From assembly GCA_044892525.1 (NCBI GenBank), contig CM097885.1:236966001-237030000 (forward strand): 64,000 nucleotides of DNA, given 5' to 3'. This DNA is from Schmidtea polychroa (taxonomy: Eukaryota). A model generated the notes under the pieces. It was given only the letters and a program-made list of their open reading frames with translations, ran no database searches and had not been told where the DNA came from. The translations under genes were made by a program, and so were the position numbers. Positions 1 to 12,586 of this stretch are shown here, in pieces (position 1 is the first letter of the stretch; each line of letters opens with the position of its first letter).

Positions 1-6
1 TTCATA

Positions 7-1790
7 ATGATGAAAGATAAGTGTGTTTGTCTCATTTGTAATTCAAACGTAGCACTACCTAAAAGAGCTAACGTTGAACGACATTTTCGAACAGTGCACA
101 AACAGTATGAAATTGACTTTCCATTACATTCCGAGGTACGAAAAGACAAAGTCAAGCAGTTAAAGTCTCAATTAGGTGCACAACAAACTTTTTTTACGAA
201 ATTTAACTCAAAATCAAAAACAGCTACCCTAGCATCATTCAAGGTAGTTAAGATTTTGATGAAACATAAAAAACCTTTTGGAGATGGCGAAATATGGAAA
301 CAGGCGTTTGTTGAAGCTGGTGAGGTGTTATTCAAAGATTTTAAAAATAAATCCGAAATAATGGATTGTATCAACAATATGTCATTGACGCGCAATACTA
401 GCACGCAAAGAATGGTGGACATTAGCAAAAACTTGGAAGATATTTTGCGGCAAGATATTCGAAAATGCCGCTTTTTCTCTTTGCAATTTGATGAATCTAC
501 AGATTTCACTGATACTGCGCAACTATGCATCTTCATTCGAATGGTTTTTGATGATATGTCAACCAGAGAAGAATTATTGACTATTCTTCCAATGAAAGGA
601 CAAACAAGGGGTCAAGATATTTACAATATATTTACATTATAAGTCGCACCCATTTCCCGATTCACAAGTTGGTATCAATTACCACGGATGGAGCTCCGTC
701 TATGATCGGAAAACATGTCGGATTTGTAACACTTTGCAAAAATGATGAAGAAATTCCCAGTTTTCATTCGTATCATTGCATTATCCACCAGCAAACCTTA
801 TGCTCCAAAGTGTTGAACTCTAACTATGTAATGAATATTGCGTTTAAAATAGTAAATTCGATACGTGCAAGAAGTCTACAACGACGTCAATTTCGAACTT
901 TGCTTGAACAATGTGAAATTGAAAATACTGAATTATTGTTACACACGGATGTAAGATGGCTTAGCCGTGCAGCATTTTTAAAACGATTTAGAGATCTTTT
1001 GCCCGGAATAAAACAGTTTTTGACTGGAAGAGAAGAATTATATCCCGAACTGGAGGATAAAAGTTGGCTGATAAATCTTGCTTTTCTTTGCGACATTACA
1101 GAGCACCTGAATAAATTAAATTTACAGCTTCAGGGGAGACACAAATCAATTCTTGACATGATAACGGCAGTAAAGACGTTTAAAGAGAAACTGTCCTTGT
1201 TTGTGCGTCAACTAGAACGGGGTGATTTGAAACATTTTAAAAACATGGAAGAAGAATCCAAAAATGCGCCAGGAATTCTTTACGATAAATATACAAATCA
1301 AATTACTACCCTTTTAAATGAATTTAACACACGTTTCGCAGATTTATCTAAAATTGCAAATATTGCTATGTTCATGTCATTCCCGTTTAATGATGTTATT
1401 GATACAGAGGAGATCGCTACTCAGATTAATGAATTTCTGGATTCAGATTCAGCTTGCTTAGAAGATGAGATAATAGCGTTGAAAAGCGACATTTACTTAA
1501 AATCAAGAGCTACAACCGAAGATAATTTTTGGAATCTTATTTCAGAAGAAAAATATCCAATTTTGCGGAGAGTAGTTAGATATATGTCCGCATTTTTTGG
1601 ATCCACCTATCTTTGTGAATCAGCCTTTTCTTCAATGAATGTCATTAAAACAAAACATCGATCTTGTTTGACAGATGATCATTTGGAATCATGCTTGCGG
1701 ATCGCCATAAGCTCCTATTGCCCGAAATACGAAGAACTTGCTGATAAGATGCAGTGCCACGTATCAGGTGCAAGTAGTAGCAGTAAATAA
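7..1790 (+). pseudogene. hAT-superfamily transposase (Charlie/SPIN/GTF2IRD2-like), split by one frameshift
   Basis: ORFs 7-642 and 669-1790 join via an indel near 636-655. Motifs: BED-like CLIC...HFRTVH, FDESTD, TTDGAPSM, HCIIHQ, WLSR and the C-terminal dimerisation motif STYLCESAFS. Confidence 0.9.
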
Positions 1791-1979
1791 TATTATATTA
1801 AGATATGTTTACGTTCTAGTAAAGTATTATAAGTTTTTTTCTAATTCGTTTTGTATTTAAATAGAATAAATAGAATAACTACAGGTAACAATTGAAAATA
1901 GTTTTTCTGGTAGACCGCCAGATTTAATTTAGTTTGAGGGGGGTCAATTAAGAAAAATTTTCTAAATTTATTTTATAGA

Positions 1980-2284
<305 letters not shown>

Positions 2285-3789
2285 TAAACATAAAAATTTT
2301 CACGAAATAATTTAAAAATTCGTTTTATAATTAATCAAATTAATATAGACGTTAATATATAAATTCCTATAACATAATTCTAGATAGTATGGTTTAATAA
2401 TTAATATCTATTAACCAAACAATATAGCCACTCAGGTATATATTTATAGAACCTCCTTTTAGATGATTTCCAGGTTCAATAATTTAATCTTTTTAATCCA
2501 CTAATATATACATTTATAAAATAATCAGATGATGTAGACACTAATATGTAAATGTAGAAAACATTTTTTATCCAGTACAGGGTTAATAATTAGTATAGTC
2601 ATTAACATATAAATTCCTGAAACACATTTTTAAATAGTATCGATTTGAAATATGCTAAACTACATAATATCAATGCTAATCTATAATTATATGAAGCACA
2701 ATTTTGGTTCGTATAGATTTAAAATCAATATCAAATAATATAGGCATCAATAACTTTAAAAAATATTTTTCGATAATGTAGCATTAAAAATTAATATTTA
2801 TTGGCCTAATGATCTAGACATTAATATGTAAAATCATGGTATAGGTTTAAACCCAATCCTTTCGTATTCATTAAGAGGTGATTTAAAAGCATAACAGTAT
2901 CAGATTCTTCTCATGCATGGTCGATAAGGTACTATACGATATGATTGTGATTTTTATTTTAGACAATTGAAGAATTTTGCTTTCCAGAGATAAAAGGGCT
3001 TTCATGATATCAATTTTTTATGATGCTACATAATAGAGACGGGGCTCATTCAAAGTACTTTTAAGGGTATCAATTTTGTCAAAATTAAGGTATCATAAAC
3101 TAGATAATTACACCATCGAACTTGAACTAGATTCAGGTTCTTGATTATTAAATTTCTGATTAAATATACTTATAAATAATATCAATTAGAGTATATTAAT
3201 AATATTCGATGTTAAGCATATTAAACATTTGAATAGTTCGTGCAATTAACCGACTACCAGAGTGTCTTTGTAGAATATTGAGTCTGGGATATTTCCCGTT
3301 TAGATTTTCCTAATGTTGTGTCTCCTATAGTATAGTTGAATGTTTATTTTACGTATGTGGTTTACCGAAAAGTCGAATTAATTAAAATTTACCTATTTTC
3401 CCGATTACACTGAATACGGTACGATAGACCCTATTGTGTTATTTACCCACGATTAATATCCCAGAAATTACTTCGTCCGCATAGTCCCTGTGACTATGCC
3501 AATTACCAAGATGGAATTACCTGCCCTACTCGTGGCGACCTCTGGTAATGAAAATTTGATTTTTGTGCATGCGGTGTCGTAGACCCATATTTGGTGCATG
3601 AGATCTTGTTAAATTAGAAGCAAGGCTGGTCAACGTCGTGAGCAAAATACTTCTAAGACGACGATGATCACTCTTGCTTAAATGTAAATAAAATAGAGAC
3701 AAAAAAATAAAATTCAATAAGTCAGTATAAATTAGCATCATAATATTCAGAGTGATGATTTGAAATAAAAACATAGGTATAATTATACA

Positions 3790-4507
3790 TGAATTAACAA
3801 TACAATAAAATTTTCCTTACTATCGATTTTCTGGTGCCAAAGAAAACTTTTTGGCATAAAGAGTGTTTTTGTGACTAAAATGCGTCGGTATATATACCTA
3901 TTTTTGTGTGTGCAAGTACACGCGTATGTATTGATGCATTAAAAAAAACTCGAATTCTTTTTATTCTAGAATTTTCAATTTTATATTTTTGATATTTTTA
4001 ATGGCAATTTTTGTACCATAATTTTTGTTTTTATTTTTAAATTTTTATTCTCTAATTATTTTTTGCTAAATTTACCGCCATGATGGATTTGGAACGATTC
4101 CAGAACATCCCATATTAATTTAATTTTTATTTTAATGATGTTTTTTTTAATTTCTTTTTTTCCAAATTTTTATTTTTATAACTAATTTATTTATTTTGAT
4201 TACTTTTATTGCTTTATGTGGCTTTTATGATGGTTATCGCCATTCTTATGAAATGTTCTGGGATTTTCTACAATATTTTTATGTTTTACCATCTTTCTAC
4301 GCTATTCGAGTCTGTTTTTTGTAATTTTGTGTTTCTTTGCTATTTTTGAGTTAGATTCTTGCATTGATATCATTTTATTTAATTTCATTGTTTATTTGAT
4401 GTATTTTATTATATTTAACTGAACTTATTGCTATTTGCGTGCTATGTACCTACGCACCTTAGTCACAAATTAGAGTTTTGGGTCTAGAAATCAGTTCTAG
4501 CCCAACA
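3790..4507 (-). repeat. LTR-like interspersed repeat, inverted copy of 7045-7830
   Basis: The reverse complement starts TGTTGGGCTAGAAC at 4507 and aligns over ~700 bp with the + strand from 7045 (shared ...AGGTATATATACCGACGCATTTTAGTCACA...). Confidence 0.75.
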
Positions 4508-5008
4508 CCTGATATAAATCAAAGTGAATTACACAGATTAAAACCGAAGCATAAACCCCATTTATTTTAGCGAATAAATAGAAATAATAGATGTATTATA
4601 ACATTAGTGGGAAAAGCTGGTAAATTAAATGATTCCAAAGTGGGTAAAATCGAAAATATAAATATTTATATTATTTAATCAAATGAAACGCAACTTTCGC
4701 TCGAAGAGGCAACATAGGTGCAAGCAAATACTGTTTTAGGTGATATTTGTAAAAATTCCCCAGCCTCGGTATTATAACTTGTTATTATCGAATCAATATT
4801 AATAATGTTAGACATTACCAATAAAATTCGAAATTTTCTAAAAATAAAATTATCGTTCATAATAACAAAACCGAAACTCTGTTTATTCATAATAACAGGA
4901 AACAACCCTAGATAATTCTATTTCAAGCAATTACAAAAATTTTATAATTTACACTCCATAAAGCTTATTAACATTTATTAGCAAAATTATATTTCCACGC
5001 AAAACAAG

Positions 5009-5625
5009 TTATTTATTAAATTTAATGCTGGTTAAACTCGGCAAAGGAATGCATTGAACGTGACTTTTATTAAAAATTCTTTTCAAATTATCCAAAAAAT
5101 CATCATTATATTTGAATTCTTTATTATTGAATGGGACCTTTAAAATCGCATGCTCAAAATGTTTTGAGGGTTGAAAATAATCAATTGCTACATTGATGGC
5201 GCATCGTTGGCAGAATACAATTGGACTACTGACACAGAACATGCAGACAAATATGTCGTCTTCAATCAAATCAGCTTTACATATGGAGCATTGCACCCCA
5301 TAAAATCGAAATTTGTTATTCATTAGTCGACTTTTGCCAATCTTTACTGTAATAATTTTCATATCGTTAAAGAGAAAAAAGTCTAGCATTTCTTCATCGT
5401 TCTGAATTTCAATAAAGTCGTTATTTTTGTCTGAAAAAAATTGCGAATTACTTAATAGTGATAATGAAAGTTACCTTTGAAATAAAGACAAAATTTGTTA
5501 TTATTTAATTTAAATATAGTTTTTATTTTTTCTTGAACAAAATCCAATTTAATGTAATTTTTATTCAAACTAATCATCCGATTTAAATTTAACTCTTCGT
5601 GATAAAGTTTCAATATAACATCCAT
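5009..5625 (-). CDS. PB1 + ZZ zinc-finger protein (p62/SQSTM1-NBR1-like N-terminal architecture), 2 exons, ~190 aa
   Basis: Exon 5625-5475, 44-nt GT-AG intron 5474-5431, exon 5430-5009. The spliced sequence LYFKDKNNDFIEIQNDEEM resembles the PB1 OPCA motif. It is followed by ZZ-like CSIC...CMFC...FCQRC...HFEH. Confidence 0.75.
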
Positions 5626-7044
5626 TTAATAGAAGTAAATATTAATGTAGTTTTTTTAAACGAAATTGAAACGAACTGTACTAAAAATAGAATTTCATCG
5701 CATGTATTAAAATTTTTCGTTCAAGGTCATTTTTAAGACTTGTTTAAACAACAATCATAAATATTTAAATTATTTAAATTAAGAATTCCCTTTGATTAAT
5801 GATATTAATGTTATCTATACTAATTTTCTATTAAAAATTATTGAAAAAGAATGTTTTGATAAAATGCCTTAATTTTGTATAGAATTAGTTATTTAAAGTA
5901 AAGAATGCAGTTAAAAATATTTGAGGAATAATAATAATTTTAATTTTCTACATTCTTTATTACAAAATATGATTATCAATTACAAAACCTTATTTGAAAT
6001 ATACAGAAAATTTTGTCATGAAATTACATTCAATATTGTAAATAAATATTTAATAATCGTATTAAAATTTATGTTTAAACGCGCTGTTATTTACGATGAG
6101 TCACACTTTCACAATTTTGAAGTATTGACATTAATTTTTAAAAGAGAAATTTATAAAATATATTTTTAAATATTTGAAATTGGTCAAAAATAAGGTTCAT
6201 TGAAATTTTTAAAATTTACACAGTACCTTTCACGTACCAGAAACAAGCTTGAATCAAATACTTCAGAGTCTTGGAGTCACTAATTAAGGCATGCGACTTC
6301 AAAAATCGAACAAATTTCACGAATTTTATTGTCTAATTTTGTAATTTATTTTGGATTTTAAATAATAATATTAAAATTATATTTATTAACAATAGATTAA
6401 ACATTTCGACCACTTCATTGACCGTCAAATTCTCTTAAGTTGAATTCAGATAAGTTGAAACAAAAAAATATGAAACAAAATTAAATGGAAAACAGTAGAA
6501 GGATGAGAACAAAAATATGAATTTTTCAGTTTGAGTGAATTGCACACTGGGATGAATAAATTGCGTACATTTATAGGACCATTTCTATTTCTATAGGACC
6601 ATTCAGATGACAACAACGGATGGCAAACGGATCCTCCTCAAAATACACCCTCATAAGATTGGGATATTCTGACGAATATTATAAAGATATTAATACACTC
6701 TTGTCAACTATCAAGACAAAGAGTGACCGGTTGTCGTTGAGACGTGTGGTCCCGTGCATATATATTTGAGATTAGACTCGAATAAAAAGCCCCGTCCATG
6801 GATGGCATATCCAATGCTATGCCGGAAACCTGGTAAAAGGAGTAAAATAAAGAAAGAGGAAATGCAAGAACTGCCAGACGAAGCTCACCATAAGTTGTTA
6901 AAGCGGAAGATCGTGAAGGTTCACATATATTGTGGGGATGAAGAATTTACTAATAAACCTTTGCTACTTATGTTATTCCTACTGTTATTTATGTGTTAAT
7001 TTCATTTTGAAACATTTTGCTTGAATATTTTTTATTATTACTAC

Positions 7045-7830
7045 TGTTGGGCTAGAACTAATTTCTAGATCCAAAACTCTAATTTGTGACTGGAATACGT
7101 AGGTACATAACACGGAAAAAGCAAAAAGTACAGTTAAGTATTAAAAAATACATCAAGTAAACAATATTAATTAAGAGAGAGACAACAAAAATATAAACCC
7201 AGAAATTAAGTAAAATAATACAAATGCAAGAAGTTGTGCAAAAATCTAATTCAAAAATAACAAAGAAACATAAGATTACAAAAAACAGACTCGAATAACT
7301 TAAAAGATGATAAAAACAGTAAAAAATTCTAGAAAATCCCAGAACACTTCATAAAAATGACGATAACCATCATAAAAGCCATCTAGAGCAATAAAAGTCA
7401 GAAAAATAAATAAAGTAGTAATAAAAATAAAAAAATTCTTAAAAAGAAATTAGGAAAAACACTATTAAAATAAAAATTAAATTAAATTTAACATGGAATG
7501 TTCTTGAACCGTTCCAAATCCATCATGGACGTAAATATAACATGAAATAATTAGAAAATAAAAATTTCAAAATAAAAACAAAAATTATGGCACTAAAATT
7601 GCCATTAAAAATATCAAAATTAAAAAATAGAAAATTCTAGAATAAAAAGAATTCGAGTTTGTTTTGATGCATCAATACATACACGTTTACTTGCACACAC
7701 AAAAATAGGTATATATACCGACGCATTTTAGTCACAATTTACTCTTTATGCCAAATTTAAAATTTTTCTCAACTTCGGAATAATAGTAAGATTTTTCTTG
7801 TATTTGTTATATGCATTGTATTTGTTATGT
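7045..7830 (+). repeat. LTR-like interspersed repeat (5' TGTTGG end); may extend further right
   Basis: Starts TGTTGGGCTAG, has a TATA-like GTATATATA near 7709, and is homologous to 3790-4507 in inverted orientation. Confidence 0.7.
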
Positions 7831-9599
7831 AATTTAAGTTCGATAACCATGCCTCTTCTATTTGATTTATTCTAATATTCGTTGAATGTAGGAGTGTTCA
7901 GAGACACATAGATTCATCTGCGTCTCTGCTCAATCATGCATTCAACCACATTCAAAAAAAATTATAGTCATTTCACATGCAGACAAGCACTATCTATATT
8001 ATAGTTTATTTTTGTTCAGTCATCGGAGGTCGTCCACTTCAATGGTTCTGCCTTGGAGTTGTGTCGATAAAATCCCTCCGTTATGACTCTAATTATTTAT
8101 CATCGGTCGACCACGGTAGGTTTCGACCCAACATATCAGTGAGGCTTGCCGTAATGGTCACAGTGGGGCCGTGAAAACAAGCGCTCTTCCCGACTTTATG
8201 TGCAATACGTAGTTAAAATCATCATTCAAAATTCTTTACAATAGCTCCACACTAAGATCATAATTTGAGTAGATCTCAGACCCAAACTTAACACAATCTG
8301 ACAATTTAGTAATGTAGTCGGTTGAACATCATTAAAATTTTCAGTCATACTTATACGTTTGCCGAATTTAGATTTCTGTAATAATGTAAAATAAAATTTT
8401 CTTTGTGATTGAAGTAACTGAAATGATACTCATAAAGATATTCGGCATACGTATAGGTAGGACTTAATCTGTAAGCTGAGGAGGCCATTGAATTAATTAT
8501 ATGACTAATAAATCTAATCTGTATATATATATGTCATAAATTTAACCTCCTTCAAATATAGATCATGAACCTATATTGAGCTAAATTTTCACTCGAAAAT
8601 AGTTATATAAATTGTGAACTCACATTAATTTCCAAAATATCAATTATAAATCTCAAACGGTTGTATATAAATTATAAATGTACTCTGGTCATCAAGTTGA
8701 AGTATTATAATTTCTAACTATTTTTCATTGATAAATGACCATCTATAAAGTATTGGCAAGTTAAAAATGTAATTTCTGATTATATATAATTCGTTATTAA
8801 GTTGAATAAGTATAACTCATAAACCTATAATCATAAAATATAATCAGTTTTAAATCTAGCATTATGATCTATCAATGTCAAATCGTAGAGTATTATCAAA
8901 TTCCAAGTTAAAATCATAATTTATAAATATATATAATCATACCTTATGACTTTATGCTTTATTTAATATACACTTCCCAAATGCCTAAACTGTAAACTAT
9001 AATTATATCCTTTGCGTAAATATATCAGTTAGGATAATCTAAATTAAAAACTATAATTCTATATATAATGTATAAATATCTCAACCTAAAAATATAACTT
9101 ATAAAGACTTGAATTATAATAAATCATAAACTACAATTTTGTATATAATTTATAAATACCTCAACCTAACTATGAAATCTATAGATACTTAAATTATAGG
9201 TTATCGTTTTATATTTCACTCGAATATGTAATTTTATAATCATGATTTCCTACTGTACTTCAATATCTAGTTTATAAATGCCTAGTATGCCGAATGGTGG
9301 ATTAGAATCTTATATTACCCCTACAATTATAACTTATAAATAGGTACTAGGCCTAAAGTATAAAAGATAAAGTCTTGTCAAACCTAAAAATAGTTTATGG
9401 ACGGCTAACATGCCTAAACCATCAAGTATAATCCTAATTTACACTTAAATATATAATCATATGCCTAAAATATAAAATATAATCTTATGCTAAATTTGAA
9501 ATATAACTTATAAATATGAAAGGTTATATATAGATTATACATTTATGATGATAATGAAATATAAGTTCTAAATCCAAATAACGACATATATTCGATTAT

Positions 9600-10190
9600 T
9601 AAATATAAATTATAAATAGTTATATATAAATTATAAATGTATCCCGAATATAAAAATACAATCTATAAATAGTTATATATAAATTTCGGTTATAAAAATA
9701 AATTATAAATAGTTATCTATAAATTTTGATTATAAAATATAAATTATAACTAGTTATATATAAATTATATATGTATATTAATTCTAAAAATATAACCTAT
9801 AAATAGTTCTAGATAAATTTTAACTACAAAAATATAAATTATAAATAGTTATATATAAAATTTGATTATAAAATATAAATTATAAATAGTTATATATAAA
9901 TTTCGGTTATAAAAATAAATTATAAATAGTTATATATAAATTTTGATTATAAAATATAAATTATAACTAGTTATATATAAATTATATATGTATATTAATT
10001 CTAAAAATATAACCTATAAATAGTTCTAGATAAATTTTAACTACAAAAATATAAATTATAAATAGTTATATATAAAATTTGATTATAAAAATAAATTATA
10101 AATAGTTATATATAAATTTTGATTATAAAATATAAATTATAACTAGTTATATAAAAATTATATATGTATATTAATTCTAAAAATATAAAC
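9600..10190. repeat. AT-rich tandem repeat, ~217-bp higher-order unit made of ~40-bp subunits
   Basis: AAATTTCGGTTATAAAA recurs at 9681 and 9898; the subunit TATAAATTATAAATAGTTATA is repeated many times. Confidence 0.85.
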
Positions 10191-10502
10191 TATTTAACAG
10201 TGGTAGAAAATTTAATGATAAAAATTTGTAAATAACATAACGGATTAATAACCGAATTTCTTCAGGTTGGGGTAGAAGTAGGATTTATTATCTAAATTTG
10301 AATCAATATATGCTTAATTTTGTAAAAATCCATGATCTAATTTCCCTGCAATCTATAACGCAGATTAGGATAAGACGATCCACAAATTGACCCACTCATC
10401 ATTTTGCCACTTAGTCGACGGATAAACTATAAAAACGAAATTTTGAATCCACCAGAAAATTGGGATTGCTATCTCCTTTAATTGGGCTTATTTAATAACA
10501 GA

Positions 10503-10795
10503 ATGTCTCAAGCAAGTGGTCCCGACGAAGCAGAATACCGACAGATGATTACCCGGCTCCACACCCGGTACATCTGGTACCGCATTCATGATTGGAATTG
10601 CGGCTTGGATCTGGACAATTACGGCCCGGTTATCCGGAGTGGCCCAGAGCCCGACGCCCCGGCGTTGGTGAAGACGGAACTCAAAGTGGAGGCTGCCCAA
10701 ATGCGGCTGAAAAAGAAAAAGTGCCCCTAGAAGAGCTGGAAAATGCAGAAGCGCTCCCACGGAAGCGAGGGAGGCCCCGTAAGAACCCAGCATAA
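10503..10795 (+). pseudogene. Small GC-rich ORF ending in an AT-hook (KRGRPRK), probably frameshifted
   Basis: The frame from ATG 10503 reads ...QMRLKKKKCP*. The overlapping frame continues ...EKEKVPLEELENAEALPRKRGRPRKNPA*. There is an A-rich run at ~10710-10720 and AATAAA at ~10886. Confidence 0.45.
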
Positions 10796-11136
10796 CCCAT
10801 CAACAATTTTCCTTCATTTATGACTTGAATTGAAAGATTTGACTTGTTTTATTTAGTGATATTTCTTTTTGTTTGTAGCTCACGTAATAAATTATTTCGT
10901 TATCAAATTATTGGCTTTATAGATTATGGTGTATCTTTGTGATTGAGGCGACCCCTTTCCAACACCCAATTAATAATTTTACGATGAAATTAAGCAAATC
11001 GCCTTTTATGTACATGGAAGTGAGTCACAGAATTTTATTATTGTCTTAATTCAATGTTCAAAAGTAGATGGATTGGACACCGCTAGATCACATACCCCTA
11101 CCCCCCCCCGACCGGGAATTTTTAGAACAAAGACAA

Positions 11137-11830
11137 TGACTCAATAGATGACTCATCATGTTTATAGAACAAAGACCATGACTCATCCTATGACTCATCT
11201 GATGACTCATCTGATGACTCATCACTTTATAGAACAAAGACAATGACTCTTCCTATGACTCATCAAGAAATTATTATTATTCAAAATATTCTTAGTGATC
11301 TAGCGGTGACCTGGTTTTCGTTTGCCCAAAAGTTATCGTTCCCATTATTTATTTCATCGATCGATAGCTCATTTTAAAGCCCAGTGCACGATCTACCTAC
11401 TGATATAAAAATATTATTAATATCATTATTATTAAAGTTATTAACAAATGATGACCACCATCTTTTCATAGTTAAAATATTATTATTTTTCAAAATATTA
11501 TTATGTGATCTAGCGGTGACCTGGTTTTCGTTTGCCCAAAGGTTATCGTTCCCATCATTTTATTTTATCGATGGAATGCTTATTTTGAAGCTTAGTGCAA
11601 GACCTTTCGAATGAGATATTGAAAGTATCATCATCAGTAATATTGACAAAGTTATTAATGTTTTCCCGAGACCATTTTCAAGGTCATTTGACTATTTTAT
11701 TATTTTTTTTCAAAATATTATTATTTCAAGGTCATATTATTATTTTTAAAAATATTATTTTTTCAAGGTCATTAATTTTTTTCAAGGTCATTAATTTTTT
11801 TCAAGGTCATTTATTTTTTCAAGGTCATTT
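11137..11830 (+). promoter_or_regulatory. Subterminal arrays of TGACTCA (AP-1-like) and TCAAGGTCA (NR5A/ERR-like) motifs
   Basis: Repeated ATGACTCA at 11137-11265 and about six TCAAGGTCA at 11678-11830. The motifs are seen directly; their function is inferred. Confidence 0.5.
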
Positions 11831-11994
11831 TTTTCAAGATCAAATTTAAATTTACAGAGTTCTCGCCAACGAAAACTCTTCCACTCATTTTAAAGCCCAG
11901 TGCAAGATCTATCTACTGATATATAGATATCATTATTATCATTATTATTGGGAAAGATATTAAGGTCCGCGCGGAAGTTGTTATTTTCAAAGTT

Positions 11995-11997
11995 TTA

Positions 11998-12089
<92 letters not shown>

Positions 12090-12119
12090 CATTATTATTA
12101 TTATTATTATTATTATTAA

Positions 12120-12163
<44 letters not shown>

Positions 12164-12176
12164 TTATTATTATTAA

Positions 12177-12222
<46 letters not shown>

Positions 12223-12332
12223 AATAATAATATTATTGATATTATTATTATTATTAATTTTATTATTATTTTCAAAGATATTTTCAACTTTATTATTATA
12301 ATTATTATAATTATTATAATTATTATTATTAT
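11995..12332. repeat. (ATT)n microsatellite inside Polinton copy 1
   Basis: Long imperfect ATT run. Confidence 0.95.
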
Positions 12333-12586
12333 TAGAGATATATGTATTTGCATGCTGACTGCAACATACATTTTCAAATACACATTGTAAAAAAGTTTTA
12401 AACCATATTACTTTTTCCATCATTAGATACTTAGAGTTTTATTTTTTATTAACAATATTATTATTGTAAATTATAAAATATATCTAATGATGAAAAGGGT
12501 AATTAAAACTATAACGAGTTTTCGAAAAATAAAAATTATCTAAATTATAAAATAGAACGCCAAAATAAATGTTTTTAAAAGATTTA

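Noticed and set aside
4675..4905. 76-aa ORF downstream of the PB1-ZZ gene
   Set aside because: Non-ATG start and no recognisable domain; could be an exon but is unsupported.
11913..12423. Poly-Ile/poly-Asn ORFs here and at 36948-38857, 49973-50497, 52730-53487 and 57399-57770; poly-IY ORF at 2097-2303
   Set aside because: Translations of (ATT)n, (TTC)n and (TA)n microsatellites.
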